From assembly GCA_051294375.1 (NCBI GenBank), contig CM119268.1:20665158-20729157 (forward strand): a stretch of 64,000 nt of DNA. The letters run 5' to 3'. Position numbers and translations under genes: made by a program. How positions within the stretch are numbered: the first letter of the stretch is position 1; each line of letters opens with the position of its first letter. The notes under the pieces are model-generated. The model was not told where the DNA came from. It saw nothing but the letters and a program-made list of their open reading frames with translations, and ran no database searches. This document shows positions 25,794-40,472 of the stretch, one piece after another. Source of the stretch: Paraspadella gotoi. Taxonomy: Eukaryota; Animalia; Chaetognatha.

Positions 25794-28700
25794 ACGTAAA
25801 CCTAAAGTGAGAAAGAAATAATATAAAAAAAGAGTTAAAGAAGGTAATATAAAAAGTATAAGAACATAAACGAAAATATTTTAAAAGATATTCATTAAAA
25901 AGAAAAATTTATAGTAGATTACAAAGAGAGATCTTCTCTCCTGTGCTGCGAATATTTTCACATAGAACATCCATTTTAAGAAGAAAAGATCGCAACTGAA
26001 ATCTATCTCTTCAACGTGTCTTAGATTGACATCACTTTAAGAACAGTAACAGAAAAAAAACAAATTGAAAGCGAAATATCCTTCGTCCCAAATTGACGAA
26101 GAGGAGCGACGACGATCTATTCCTTGCGTCGAAGGGTGAGGTCTAGTAAAACCATATGACATATTGCCGGCATACTTGTTACTTTATTAGACGAGAGACG
26201 GGATGATCGTCCCACGGTTGAACTTACTAAATGGGTCTCATATACCAGTTTAAAGACAGTTGACTCAGAGAGAGGGTTCCTTGCGCTCTCGTGGTCTTTA
26301 TTCTCAATCGACATCTCCATTTAGCTTCCTTCTTCTGAAGGAAGTTTAGAGTATCATGACAATTATGAGTGCTCTCCGTCCGTACTCATTGAGACGCCTC
26401 ACAGCTATCGTAAAAAATGTACAGTCCAATTTGTAGAGCAAAGATGACCAGAGAGAGTGCTCTATTTCTCCCATCGAGGCGGAAATTCAATATGGCCATG
26501 GACTATCCATTGTTACTAAGACAGCCGCAGAGGCCATGTGTCATCAGTATATGAAGATACTTCTAATATGACTAATCATTCCACCGACCCTCTCTCAGAT
26601 CAGGGAAGAATTGTGTCACCCTCTCTCGAGGAGTCTGTAAGTGTGGGATACATCCATATGCATTAAGCAAGGCGTAAGACGAAATAACAGAGATTAGAGA
26701 GAAGAGATCATTTTTGAGATAAAAAGATTAAGAAAATAGAGCTAAACTTATCTGCACACATGCACCAACATATGGACATTCGGCCCAATGTAGATATCAT
26801 GGGACCAGAGCGTTTAGAGATCTTCTGACACCTTGGAACGAGGTGGAAGGTCATAATGAACTAGAATCGACTATTCTTAAGATCAAGGCACGAAAAAGCC
26901 GAAAATGTACGTTTGTTAACTAACGACGGCAGGGTTGTTTGGTTGTGCTGACTGAGGGATGATTATCGAGTCCATTTATATATGAAAATAGGAGAGAAAC
27001 AAAAGAGAAGATCTTCCTATCTCGCATGCGGCGTCATATGAAAAGTGGATGAGTGCGATCGATTATGCAAGTTTTGAACGGATCTGAGGAGCAGGAAAAC
27101 CCAAATTCTATCTTAAGATACCCAATGGGAGAGGGACGTATGGGTGCTATACTGGTAATGGACCCTGATCCCATACCTCTTAACAGGAATGCGAAAGTAG
27201 TTGAGAAATAAGAATGATCACCTTCGACTCGCGAGTAAAGAAGGTATTACCTATAAAATAGAAATAGTCTCCTCTGATAATAAGAAAGATTAAAGAAAAT
27301 TTATACTATTCGGAAAACAGATCACGAAGGCAGTTTTCAGAAGACATAATTGATAATAATAACTAATTTTTTATAAATAATATACCTGTTCTTTTCCATT
27401 CCCATATAATACCTTTTTTGGTGGTGTTCGATGTATTATACATGCTAGTACGGAATTCATGCCCATAAGAATATATAATTTCTCCTACTATATCAGAGCA
27501 AAATTCCCGAAACGTACTTATTATTCCTTTCTCTTTGTAGAGTCACGCTTTGCGTCGCTCTCGTCGAGAAATTCAGGTTCTTTCTGTCCGTGACTGGCAC
27601 CCTAAAACAAAATATTAGATGAAGACATTTGTGCGTACTTTTAATTGATGTACTGTTTACTAAGAAATGTGGCCAGATAAATCGCATGCATCATGACTGT
27701 ATCAGATTGTGTACGATAGATAGTGAACCGATTTTCTTTCCGATCCTCGTCTCTCCTATCTTTCTTGCTTCTCCTTTCCGTCTTTATATACTTCTCTATT
27801 ACTTTTCGTCCAGTATTATGTTCTAACTCCATATTTACTCATGATATTGGTCAACCCACAATGGGTTTATGTGTCTGTGTTCCAATATTAGACATATGTA
27901 GTTCTTCCGTCGCCGTGTTCCTCGCGCATTCTCGCGTCGATTCAATGTCTATCTATATATCAGAACTTTTCTCTCCCTTACACACATGACCAAAAATATA
28001 AAAGAGAAAACTTAAAAGAAATGTGAGAACTTGCTCGGATATTGTGTGTACTGATATATATAAGAGTTGTTTCTTAACAAAATATTGATTTATTAATATT
28101 AACTCAATAATTATTATTTGAGAATAAGTTCGTCGTCTCCGAGTTGGCTTCTCGTTTGAATCCACTATATATTTTCGTGTGAGTTTATATATTTCGTTTC
28201 TCGTTCTCATTTCTTCTTATTAATCGAAAACTCACATTAAAATTGTGTAGAGGAGAGGAGTGAATTTATAAACTAGATTACTGTTAGGTTATCATAAATC
28301 TCTCCAAAATGACAAGGATATTTAGCAAGACTAGATTCTAAGTGCAATGTATCCACTGACGTACCATCTATAAAATATTGTCTATCATACTCAAAAGCGA
28401 TTGACTGATAACCTCGATTTTCTCTCATTTTACTCTTCTACAATTCATAATACCTAATGTTTATATTTACGCGCTACTATCTATACTGCTTCTACCTATC
28501 TCCAATACTTCAATTTACCTTCATGCTCAAGTTCCTATCTCTCATCTACATTCTTCTCTCATATACTCTCTCAATTCTCTTCTTGTTCCGGGACAGCTCC
28601 AATCAAGAATTATTAGTCTGTAGCTGTTATAATTACTGTGAAGTTACAAGTTTTTCGGTGTGTTTGTATGTGCACATAAATTCACAAGTAATCTGGCGGG

Positions 28701-31700
28701 CAAATAAGAGATACTCTCCTCTCAATACTTGTTCTGTAGTTCGTGGCTGAAAGTATATATTAAAATTTAACTGTCTCAATATTCACATATATTACGCTGA
28801 TGAATTTCATAGGGTATAAAAACAGTTATTCATGCGAGTGTGGATCATTGATAGCTTAGGTATAAAGTATTATATGTTGAACAGTGGCGATGAAATATTA
28901 CAAGAACTGAACTTCTGAACAGAGAGAAGTAATGAACTGAGTGAGGTATAGATGTTGTAAGATCGCTCGTCTGTCTCTTTGTGTACTTAGGAGAGTGACA
29001 TAGAGCAAGAAAGTATTAATCTCTGTCCAACGGTAAAAAGCAAAGAGTAGCTCATTGATTTTCTGTACCGCGTGATGGCTCCGTCTTTGGTATAATTAAA
29101 TATATACTAAGTTATTCATACAGTATATCATGCACCTAAACTAGTAAAATATAATATACCACTTGCTTCGCTTAAGTGGTTTTAAATCACACAACAAAAT
29201 CTGTCAATCACTCTACAGTGCTGCTAGTAATGTGAACTGTAGACAGATACCTGGCACAGAGCGTATATCTGTGCTCTCGCCCTCCTCTTTTTCCTATAAA
29301 ACGTTCATGATATCACAGCGTACTTCGAATAATGATTCCTTCTCTGCGCTCGATCTTTCACATAAAAGGTCAGTATTTTTACTATTTAGAGCTGTTGAAG
29401 GCGACGCGCTAGACATGCTAGATTCCACAGCTTTTACCTATCCAAAGACGCTATACTCTTAACTCGTATATAAAATGAATCTGTAACCATTACCATACCA
29501 ATCACATATAGTATTTATTTTCGGTAGGCCAGCCTGTCTAGACTAATATATTTTTACAATTATCGTCTGTTCGTTAATCTTTTGTTTACATCCTGAACTC
29601 TTAATACGATATATCAACTCTCTGTATTCAACCTCTCTGGTTCTTGTCTCACTTTCATGACTCTAATGCGTGTTCCAGCTCGTCTCGCGATAACGACTGA
29701 CAGTGTGTACGATTTCGCTCCATTTGTCTCTGTTCAATATTACTTCACACCATTGTTCTTCGCCTCCTCTCTCCACCCCACCCGCCAACCCGCGCTCGTA
29801 CTCAGTGTTGATTTGCTGTCGTGCTGATGTCCTCGGTCTTTGGTCGCTTCTGGGCCTCGCGCTCCTCCTAGAGCATAACTAAGTGACTCTGCCCAGCCTG
29901 AATTGTGCTAAGGCATCCTCTCACGAGCGTAGATGAGCCCCGCAATCTGCCCGCGTCTCTGATGTCGGTACCGTTCATGCGCTCGCGTGCTCGCTGCCTT
30001 CCGTCGTCGTCCCATAGGTCTCTTGTCTCGTTGTCATTTCCTCCTTGTGTTCGGATCCTGTTGGATCGTACGTAGCGGTGGCGAGTTGCGCTCTGTTAGG
30101 TTGACGTACGAGTTCTTTCCCTTGCGTCTCGCGGTTGCAAGGTGTAATTTGATTCGGAGGTTTAACCTGGTCTGAATTTTTCAAAGTTCATGTGGTCCCT
30201 AAAAAGGGAGAACAGTTTAATCGTATTTAGAACATTTTGATTTTTACTGATACTGAAATAGATAGGAACGGATGGAGAGAGAGTGCGAGAAATGAACTAT
30301 CGCAAAAATAGATAAGTCCTGAGCTGCATTTAGTGAGAGACGAACTGTATGTGATCTTTGCACCGATGTTAGTCTTGTCGTATATTATGTTCATTTTTAG
30401 TCTTTCTGGTATGTCGTTTATGTCATCTTTCTTCTAGCATGGTTGTTTTAGAGGTTTCCATGTAGCAGGAGCTAACTAGTAATCCCCTGCACTTCTTGCG
30501 ACGAGGCAGCATATTATCGATTCCTTCTCATTGCTTTCTCGTTTCTGTGTATTTACCTGCTCTCTCATTTCTTCCTTTCCTTCTTCTCTTTTTTCCTTGA
30601 TCTTCTTCTTTCCTCTCTCTCCCTTTATTGTAATGCACTTCGGTGTGGTTTTATGCTTTTTTCCTCGTAGTTTCTCACTTCATCTCCTCTCTTCTGTTTC
30701 CTCTTCCTCTTCCTCTTCTCTTTTTCTCTTTTCTTTGTGCTCTTTTCTTTGTCTTTTTTTCTCTTGTTTCTTTCCTTTTTCTTTCTTTTGTTTCTTATTT
30801 TCGTGTTTCTTTTCTGTATTCCTCTTTCATTTCCTTTCTCTCTACTCTTTCGGGCTCCGACTATTTCTCGTCGCCTGACAATTTTTCTTCTCTCTATCTC
30901 TCCTCGTTTTCTTTTCTCTTAATATTGTCTTCTCTTCCTCTCTCTTCTTCTTTCTCATAATGCCTTCTTCTTCTCTTCTCTTCTCTTTCACTTAAAATCC
31001 TCTCTTCTTTTCTGTGACTTCTCTTCTCTTTCATACTTTGTGCATTATCTTTTCTTACTATTTCTATTTAATTTAACTTCTTCACTCTTCTTTTTCTTTT
31101 TTCTGCTTTTCTTTTTTTTTCGTCTTTTTCTGACTTTTTCTTGCTCTTCTCTCTCCTTCGCCCCCCTGCTTCTCCTCTTTCCTTTCTCTTCCTCTCTTCT
31201 ATTTTTTTTTCTTTTCCCCTATTTGCTGATTGTATCTTTTCTCTTCTCTTCTTTTCTAATCCAACATGCTCCTCTCAAAAATAAAAGAAAAACGACCTTG
31301 GTTCTGACGCTCTGAAGTTCCTTCTCTTCTCTTATTACTTGTCCTTCATCTGGCCTCGACTTTTCTTGCTTACTATGTCTTAGTCTTCGTTAGCACTCTA
31401 CTCCTTCTCTTTCTCCATTTCTCTATTTTTCTCTTTTTCCTTTCTCTTTTCTTTCTTTCTTTTCTTCTTCTTCCTTCTTTTTTTCCTTTTCCTCTTCCTT
31501 TCCTTGTCTTTTTCCTTTTTTCTTTCTTTCTTCCTTTCCTTCTAGCTTCTTCTTTCTCTCCTACTTTTTTCTTCTCTCTTTTTCTTCTTTCTCATTCGAT
31601 CTCGACCTCTGCTAATTCTCTTTAAGACCTCTTCTTCTTCTCTTCTCTTCTGCTTGTAACTCTCTTGCTCTTCTCTTCTTTCTATTAACCACCCCCCCTG

Positions 31701-33583
31701 CAAAAAGAGAGAACCAAAAAAACAGCAATCGACCTTGGTTCGACGCTGTGCTTTCTTCTGCATCTCTCTTATCTTCCTTCTTCTCTTCTCGTTCTGCCAG
31801 TTTCTCTTCCTTCTCTCCCTCTCTTTCGGACCCTTCCTCTTCGCTCGCGATTTCGATTCGTGGAACCTGTTTCTCCAATACAACCCCCCGGTCAAAAAAC
31901 AAAAGACAAAACAGAACACGACCACTTGGGTTCGACCTTGTTTCTTCTCTCCTTACTCTTTCTCTTTTCTTAGTACTTCTCTTACTCTTCTTTCGCTTCG
32001 TTGCTCTTTTTCTTCCTCTTTCTACTTCTTGATCTCTCTCTGTCTCTTCTCCTTCCTTCTCTTTTCCTTCTGCTTTCTCTATTCTCTTCTCTTTTCTGTC
32101 TCTTCTCTTCTTTTATTCCAACCCCCCTCAAAAAAGAAACAACGGAGACGACCTTGGTTTCGTTCTTTATTTTTCCTAATTTTAAATTGCGACTCAATTA
32201 AGATTTATCGATGTTACAGTTTTAGAGGTTCGTTCGCACGCACCGCGGATCCTACCGCTCCACCGCTGCACCGCCCACCGCTCACCACCCCACCCGTCAC
32301 CACCGGCGTGTACATTCCCACCCCTCCGACAGAAAAGCCCATTGTAAGGTCCCAACTTTTTATATTTCATTTGTCATAAAAATTTCCAGTTTATAATTTT
32401 AAATCAAATTTTATGTGCCAACCGGAGAATATATCCCACTTTCGTCGCTGTCAGCTCCTAACTTTGGACTTGACTGATGATATTGATCAACTCATTTAAT
32501 TGACATTTATTTTTTCTTTGTGTTTTTACTTGCTGATTCACCTTACGTCGTGAGTCGATGGCCATTCGAGATCTACTCCCTGAGCGCGCACTTTTCTTCT
32601 TTTTGTTGTAGAGAGAGGGAAAGAAGAGAAGAAACAGGGAAGATAAAGAGATATCATTAGACGAAATGGAACATTTTTGATGGGTGCGGAAGGAAAGTAG
32701 CGGAAAAGTGAAATAAGAAATAAGGGAGACGAAGAAGTAAAAAGTTATAAACTCTCGACGGGAGGGCGTAACAGTGACCTGATTAAGAGAAGAGAAATGG
32801 TGTTAGACGGTAGAGTATTAAAAATAAAGTCCGTGCGAGAGAAAAGAAAATTTAAGTTTTTAATACAATAACGTTAGGATAAGTTTGAAAGTCGATCTAA
32901 TTAGGCAAAGAGCATATAAACGGGAGGAAATGAAATCATTAGAAAAAAAGAAAAACAAGTAAAAATAAATTTCACAAAAAATTTAACACCAAAGAATTCA
33001 ATTCGACCTGGGCGGTACAGACAACAGGAAGAAAGCTAATGAGAAAGAAATAGAACCGTCGGATTGAGAGAGTTGGACCTACATGGGCAGGTCGTTCAAT
33101 ATGGACAAAGTGCTACGTCGAGCAATATCAATCATGCTAAATTCATCATAAATACTCCGAATAGACTGCTCTTATGATTGCCCCCTCCCTCTCTCTGACC
33201 GAACACATCAATTTACATATACTAGCATGCAGAGATGACGATCTCGTCGAGCAGCAGAGCACGAGAGGATGACGTAGATGCAGAGTACGTACCGACGAGA
33301 GAGTTAGAGAGAGAGAGAGAATATGAGTCTCCGTATTATTAAGTGGTCCGCGTTTTTATGATTTAATCCCCTTATTCCTTTATTTCTCCCTATTACGCTT
33401 CTTTCGGGCCTTCGCGCTTCGAAATGTTTATGGCAGGCTCAGAATAAGAGCCTAGCCATTTTTCGAGAATTGCGAACACTCCGTCAGATGGCGCACCGGA
33501 TAAAGAGGGAATTTTTTCACGCTGATTCCAGGACACTACCGGCTCTCTCTCTCTCGGATCATCTCTCTCTGGCTACAATCTGC

Positions 33584-33642
<59 letters not shown>

Positions 33643-34100
33643 TCGCACTGACGGCGTTGCGATCTTTTAATTTCTCTCTGTAAAGACAATTCTTAATTGG
33701 ACCGGCAATCTCCAAGAACATTCTGGGTGTGTGAATGCAGAATACAGAGAAAAAATCGTCTTTTCTTCGTACGTCTTGACGTCGTTCGTCCGTCTACGTC
33801 CGTCGTCTCCGGGTCGTGTAATCAAAATTCGTCGGCTATAGTCGATGCGTTACTCGTTTGCCGTGCTGGTCGCTATTTCTACGTGCTTACTCAACTATCG
33901 ACTAATTCCTCGCTCGTTATTCTGGATGCCCCTGGGCATAAGCATCTTATCTCAGTCCTCTCAATTTTATCGTAGTCTGTGCACTAAAATTTCTCGCACT
34001 CTCTCTCTCTCATCGGATAGATAATTCTCGAACGTTTTGTATTCTTACAAATCAAATAAAAACAAATCTTCTCTCCTCTAAATTGATTAAATCGAGCTTT
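25794..34100. other. Low-quality gap-fill sequence, largely a noisy re-read of ~22.3-25.8 kb
   Basis: Starts at a 25-N gap. 30.5-33.0 kb is an insertion-rich copy of 23.75-25.76 kb; 25.9-27.1 kb holds corrupted copies of the 42-bp unit (GAGAGATCTTCT, ACATCCATTTTAA). Confidence 0.7.
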
Positions 34101-35149
34101 AAAAAAATCTATCTATCACTCACTTTGAAATTCTACTGAGTACATCATTAATCTCCTCTCCTCTTCATTCTCTCTTTCTTCCGTCTCTCTTCCTTACCAT
34201 GGTGCTCCTGTTCTCGGTCTTTCCCTCCTACTTCGCTACATTTTCCCATCACATTTCCGTGCGGCCTGTTTCTCTCCTCGTTCTTTTCCATGTAGATTCC
34301 TCTCCCTTCCGTCTCTTCTCCTGCTACGTATCTTTCGACGTACGTCCGCTCCTCATACTCATCGTACGATCCGGCTCCTCTCTTCCGCTCTCGCATTCTT
34401 CTCTCCGCCCTCTCTTCTCCTCTCTCTCTCTTCTTCTTCGTCTCTCTCTGTACTTCTCTCTCGTCTCTCTCTCCTCTCTTCTTCTCCTTCTCTTTTTCCT
34501 TCTTTTCCCCTCTCCTGCTCTCCTCCTCCGTTCCTTCCTTTTTCCTTCTTCCTTCCTTCCTTCGCTTCCTTCCTTCCTTCACTCTGTCTCGCCTCAAATC
34601 CAATTACAAATTCTCCATTTTAAAAATCTAAATTGGAAAGAGAGAATGATTTCTCAGTTCTCGGATTTTGAAAACCGCCCCCCGCCCCCCCCCCCCCTAA
34701 CTTTCTCCCTGCCCCATGACTCCTCCATCATTCTTTGCCCCCTATCACCCTTCATTTCCCCGCTTATCTCCCACCTTTACCCCTTATCTTTCATCTTTCC
34801 GTCTCTCCCCTTAAAGATTCCGACAATATTCTAAAACTCTTCTCGGCTTATTGTTAATTTTTTTCTCGTTATGTTAATTTAATTAAAAAAGGTAATAATC
34901 TTTGTCTTTGTAATCCAAGTCAGCAAGAAATAATTTACAAAATTATTATTATATGACTACAATAACAATACAATAACAAAAAAAATTACAAAACCAAGTA
35001 AAAATTAATATAAGTAAAGTATGATAAAATAAAGAAAACAATTATGAAATTTAAACGATAGAAAAAAATAAAAAGGAGACAGAATTTAAAGAGAATAAAG
35101 AGACGAGGAAAATAGGAATAAAAAATGAAGAGGAAAGAAATGAAGGAAA

Positions 35150-35670
35150 AGATTAAGAATTAAAAAAAAGGCGAAAAAAGAGATTAAGAATTAAAAAAAG
35201 GCAAAAAAAGAGATTAAGAATTAAATAAAAAGGCGAAGAAAGAGATTAAGAATTAAAGAAAAAGGCAAAGAAAGAGATTAGGAATTAAGGAAAAAGGCAA
35301 AGAAAGAGATTAAGAATTAATTAAAAAGGGGATAAAAAAGAGATAAAGAATTATGGAAAAAGGGGAAGAAAGAGATAGAGAATTAAGGAAAAAGGCGAAG
35401 AAAGAGATTAAGAATTAAGGAAAAAGGCGAAGAAAGAAATTAGGAATTAAGGAAAAAGGCAAAGAAAGAGATTAAGAATTTAGGAAAAAGGAAAAGAAAG
35501 AGATTAAGAATTTAGGAAAAAGGCAAAGAAAGAGATTAAGAAGTAAGGAAAAAGGGGAAAAAAAAGAGATAAAGAATTAAGGAAAAAGGGGAAGAAAGAG
35601 ATAAAGAATTAAGGAAAAAGGCGAAGAAAGAGATTAAGAATTAAGGAAAAAGGCGAAGAAAGAGATTAAA
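35150..35670. repeat. ~32-bp minisatellite
   Basis: Unit GAGATTAAGAATTAAGGAAAAAGGCGAAGAAA. Confidence 0.9.
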
Positions 35671-36125
35671 AATTAATCAGAAGATTTGAGAGAAAATAAA
35701 AGAAAAAAAAAAGAAAAGAGATTTGCTTAAAAAATTGTTCTGGATTTTCGTGATTTAAAACCAGAACGCCGAATCCTCTTTTCCAATCTTTTGCCCTCAT
35801 AAACCAATTTCGTTTCTCTCTAACTCGCTCTCTCTCTCTCTCACTCACTCACTCTCTCTCAATCTTTTCTCTCCTCCTTCTCTCTGGACCTCCTCCTCTC
35901 TCACTCATCTCTTCTCTCACTCTCCTCTCTCTCTCTCTCTCTCTTCTTCTTATACTCCTCTCTCTCTCTCTCTCTCCTCTTCTCTCTCTCTCTCTCTCTC
36001 TTCCTTCTTCCTGTCTTTTCTTGTGTCTTATTTCCTCCTTCCTTCCTTGTTTTCTTTTTTTGTTCTTATTTATTTCTCTCTCACTTGGCACTCTCTCTCT
36101 CTCTCTCAATCTCTCTCTCTTCTCT

Positions 36126-36166
<41 letters not shown>

Positions 36167-36429
36167 CATCCCTCCTTTAGTTGTCTTAATTTTGTTCTTT
36201 TAAGTGTTCCGCTCCGCTGCTGCATTAAATTTCGTCTTTTATTTCTTATAGTTTCAGGAATTCCTGAAGGTGGCGCTACCATTCACTTAGATTTGATGTT
36301 TTTTTCTGTCTTAACAAATGAGCAACCAACTAAAGGCAAATTTGATCATTTGTACTTGCGACCCATGGCCTATCCCCGGCCCGTCTTTCTGATCAAATAT
36401 AATCTAATCTGTATGAATTTTTAACGTAA

Positions 36430-36523
36430 GTGGGACAGACCGACGGACCGACGGACCGACCGACAGACCGACCGAAAAGTGACTTATAGAGTTGCTCCGC
36501 GATTACTCGCGGCTCAACTAAAA
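36430..36523 (-). mobile_element. End of HINE-like family 2 element
   Basis: (GACC/GACG)n followed by GACTTATAGAGTTGCTCCGCG...CGCGGCTCAACTAAAA, matching the end of 54769-55058. Confidence 0.5.
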
Positions 36524-36732
36524 ATGATGTTTGTTCGTCCATCCGTCCGTCCGTCCGTCTGTCCATCCTTAGCTTTGATCTCCAATTACTTTGTTCAATT
36601 ATAATTTTTTTTTAAATAATGAATAAATTGTATTAACTGATTAGCTGATTATAGCTAAATTTTCGTTGCTAGATGCGACGTTGTTTGCTCAAAATTGTTA
36701 GTTTCTTTCTATTCCTTTCTTCTTTCTATTTT

Positions 36733-36804
<72 letters not shown>

Positions 36805-37226
36805 TTTTTCTTTCTTTCTTTCTTTCTTTTTTTTCTTTTCTCAATGAAACCAGGTAAAGCCTCTTTGCAAAATCGCGCAAACAATTTCCCTTAACGTGAG
36901 AAAGATTCGCGATGGATCTACGTATTTCCGCCGGCGGACAGACTGAAAGAAGGACCGACTGACCAATCGACGGAAGAAAAATTATGAGGTTTTTATTGTT
37001 AAAACGATAAACCGAACAGTAAACAATGTAAAAGTCTCAGAGCTTAATAATAAACAACTAATTTAATATCTCAACATATAGCTTAATAACTTAATAACTT
37101 TTTAATTTAATGACTAAATAAGTTCTGTTAACACTTATTCTGTTTTACTTATTAACTTAATAACTTAAAAAATAAGGTTTTTAAAATTTGCTGTAATTAT
37201 AATAACCCACTAACCGATTACAAAAC

Positions 37227-38150
37227 AAACAAGTTTGCGCAAACAATGTCGGATCTACCTATGATAATTAAGCGGTAATAAGCTAAGGCGATGATAAATC
37301 ATGGTAATTTTTTCTGACTTTCAATTTGTGATCTTAACAGATCACAACACATCGTAACATAACAAATCATACCAGACTTCTTAATAAATCTATGAAAAAA
37401 TCTATAAATCAATTAATCTATCAATCATTACTAATGGCCTACCAACTTGTATAATTTGATAGTTTTGCATAATTTGCTAATTTTGCACAATTTGGTCAAC
37501 TTGTATAATTTGATAAATTTGCATAATTTAATCAACTTACACTATTTGGTCAACTGGCATAATTTGGTCAACTTGAAGAGGCTGGTTTTACAATGCGCCA
37601 CACCCGCAGCGGTGTCACCTCATGGCAACAGCGAGACAGCATGTTAATGTAGTCCAGAGTTTTGGATCTGGCAGTAGGCCCATGCCTACAGGCGGGTTAC
37701 CCGGTCCATCCCACTTTCTACATAACAACCTCAGGGCTCGAACCAGGGACGCACATTGGGATGGAGCATTAGTCCACTGAGCCACTGAGGCGCTGCGAAA
37801 GAAACAGCTTTAATCCATCTGTGGTGATAGGACCACCAGACACTGACTTGCAAAATTTGGTAGACTGGCATAATTTGGTCAATTGACGTAATTTGGTCAA
37901 CTGGCATAATTTGATCAACTGGCATAATTTGGTCAATTTGCAATCAATCAAACACACCGAGAGAGGAGAGAAATTTTTAAAAATTCAAATAAATGTGTTT
38001 TTTGGTTTTCAAATTTAAACTCTTTTCCACTCCTACAATACCATAAAAAAATTATTTCCAACTTAATTGCATACTTTCCCACTTACCCACACGTAAAATT
38101 TAAATTCCGGACCGACGGACCGACAAAGTGGATTATTGATCCGACTAAAA
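37227..38150 (-). mobile_element. HINE/DINE-1-like element, family 1, with an 18-bp central array and a nested insertion
   Basis: Ends AAACAAGTTTGCGCAAACAATGTCGGATCT and GATCCGACTAAAA; internal (GCATAATTTGGTCAACTT)n. Confidence 0.7.
37576..37845 (-). mobile_element. tRNA-derived SINE-like insertion (270 bp) with 5-bp TSD
   Basis: On the - strand, A box TGGCTCAGTGG (37774-37784), B box GGTTCGAGCCC (37734-37744) and an acceptor-like stem CCTCAG/CTGAGG; flanked by ACTTG on both sides; interrupts an 18-bp array. Confidence 0.6.
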
Positions 38151-38231
38151 AATAATTTGAATAAAAACTTGTTTCTTTTATTAAAAAAAAACATGTTAAA
38201 TTCACAATTAATCTTAAACCCTGTGGGTCTT

Positions 38232-38363
<132 letters not shown>

Positions 38364-38965
38364 CCGAAAAGAAAGCCGAAAAAAAACTTTGAGGTAGAAC
38401 CGAATCCAGGGATTTGCAAGCAAAGCTTGGTCGCTAAGTGTTGTTTCTGCGCTTCGGCTCAGATGAAATGGAAAGCGGAGAAAAAGAGAAAAAGAGAAAA
38501 AGAGAAAATGAAAAGAGAAAAGAAAGAATTTGTTGTGGATTATTTTGGACTAATTCGGGAATCGATTAGAAAATAGAAAATAGAAAATAGGAAAAAAAAG
38601 ACAAAATTGAACTTAAAAAATATAAAAGTAAAAATTTAAAATAGAAATTAAAACAAATACAAAATAAGAAATGACAGAAATTGACAAAAAAAGGACAATT
38701 TAAACAGATATACAAACCTATTACAGGAATATTGAAAATTGAAAGTTAAAAAATATTGACAACGAATGATGAGTCCGTTCAGTTCCCCTTAAAAAACAGC
38801 TGTTTTGAATGAGAGAGAGAATGAAGAGAGAGAGAGAGGGAAATAAATCCCAGATCGAAATGACCGCTGAGAATTAGTGTGGTGGCGGAATTGGACTCGT
38901 TTACTGTCTCGTTCATCGTCGTCGTCGTCGTCATCATCAGGCCAAACAGGCGACGACATAACGAC

Positions 38966-39182
38966 GATCAGGCATCGGTTGGAATCGGCGACCAATCAGN
39001 NNNNNNNNNNNNNNNNNNNNNNNNNNNNNNNNNNNNNNNNNNNNNNNNNNNNNNNNNNNNNNNNNNNNNNNNNNNNNNNNNNNNNNNNNNNNNNNNNNNN
39101 NNNNNNNNNNNNNNNNNNNNNNNNNNNNNNNNNNNNNNNNNNNCGACCAATCAGGCATCGGTTGGAATCGGCGACCAATCAG
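38966..39182. repeat. 28-bp minisatellite spanning a gap
   Basis: Unit AATCAGGCATCGGTTGGAATCGGCGACC; resolved as ~9 copies in the duplicate at 43755-44008. Confidence 0.9.
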
Positions 39183-39453
39183 GATTCGCTGATTTCATTT
39201 TCGACATGATCGCTCTTTCCTCTGATCCGATTTGGTTCAATATATATTTAAATTTTAATCAATAAAAAAACTAACCAAAAAATAAAAGATCAAACAGGCA
39301 GCAACGTTTTCCGCCAAATCGGCGCCGAGATTTAATCCGCCGGAAAAGTGGGATTTCATTTTCAGTCCAGCTTAGCCAATTCCGGCAAAGCGGATATCTT
39401 GGCAAAGACGAGTTTCGCCCGAGGCTGAATTTTCCGGTCGAGCAGAAAAAGCA

Positions 39454-39488
<35 letters not shown>

Positions 39489-40472
39489 NNNNNNNNNNNN
39501 NNNNNNNNNNNNNNNNNNNNNNNNNNNNNNNNNNNNNNNNNNNNNNNNNNNNNNNNNNNNNNNNNNNNNNNNNNNNNNNNNNNNNNNNNNNNNNNNNNNN
39601 NNNNNNNNNNNNNNNNNNNNNNNNNNNNNNNNNNNNNNNNNNNNNNNNNNNNNNNNNNNNNNNNNNNNNNNNNNNNNNNNNNNNNNNNNNNNNNNNNNNN
39701 NNTCTCTCTCTCTCGTTTTTGTACAAAAAAGGAAAAAATGCAGGAATCAAAAATGGATAAAACGAGAGAAATAAGCGACTTGAGTCGGGGAAACGAGATT
39801 TAATCTGGAGGCGCTTAACTCGGGTCGTTTATACGTCGTTAGAGGGCGGGCGCTCCATCTGATGCGTCACCATGGTAACGAAGAATAAACACGAAAGACA
39901 TTTATAAACGTATGCATATATCGCTTCGAATAAAATTTGACGAGAGCAAAATGGCGGCTAAAAACATTTTATGGTTTTCTTCTCCGAAATAACAAAGTCG
40001 ATTGGCTGAGCCAAAGAACCATCACCCTAAACTTTCCCTCTAGCCAAAACCTTAAAAAATTCTCACCCACTTTCTTCCTTTTCCTCACCCGATTCACGGA
40101 TTTACACTTTCCTTCTCCACCGAAATTCACAAAACACTTTTCAAAGCGAATTTCATGATTTACGTTTTTTTTCTAATTCGGTTACTGACGCCGACAATGA
40201 TGACGACGAAGATGACAAAGGAGGTAAAAAGAACGACGACTAGGATGACGACGACGACGACGACGTCGACAAAAGCGAAAAGAAGCAAAGCCTCTCCAGC
40301 TGATGAATTGGTTGCCATGGAAACCGAAATGAAAACATGAATCAGAGGAGAGAAAAAAGTGAAAATATATGATAGGAAAGAAACCCAGGGTGAGATTTTC
40401 ACTCCGCCTACCCCACTATAAGAGCTTAGTAGGGTGGATGACGGAAANNNNNNNNNNNNNNNNNNNNNNNNN

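Noticed and set aside
26100-30450. High-complexity sequence that might be a transposon or foreign insert
   Set aside because: No coherent ORF; it contains corrupted copies of nearby repeats, which indicates low-quality read sequence.
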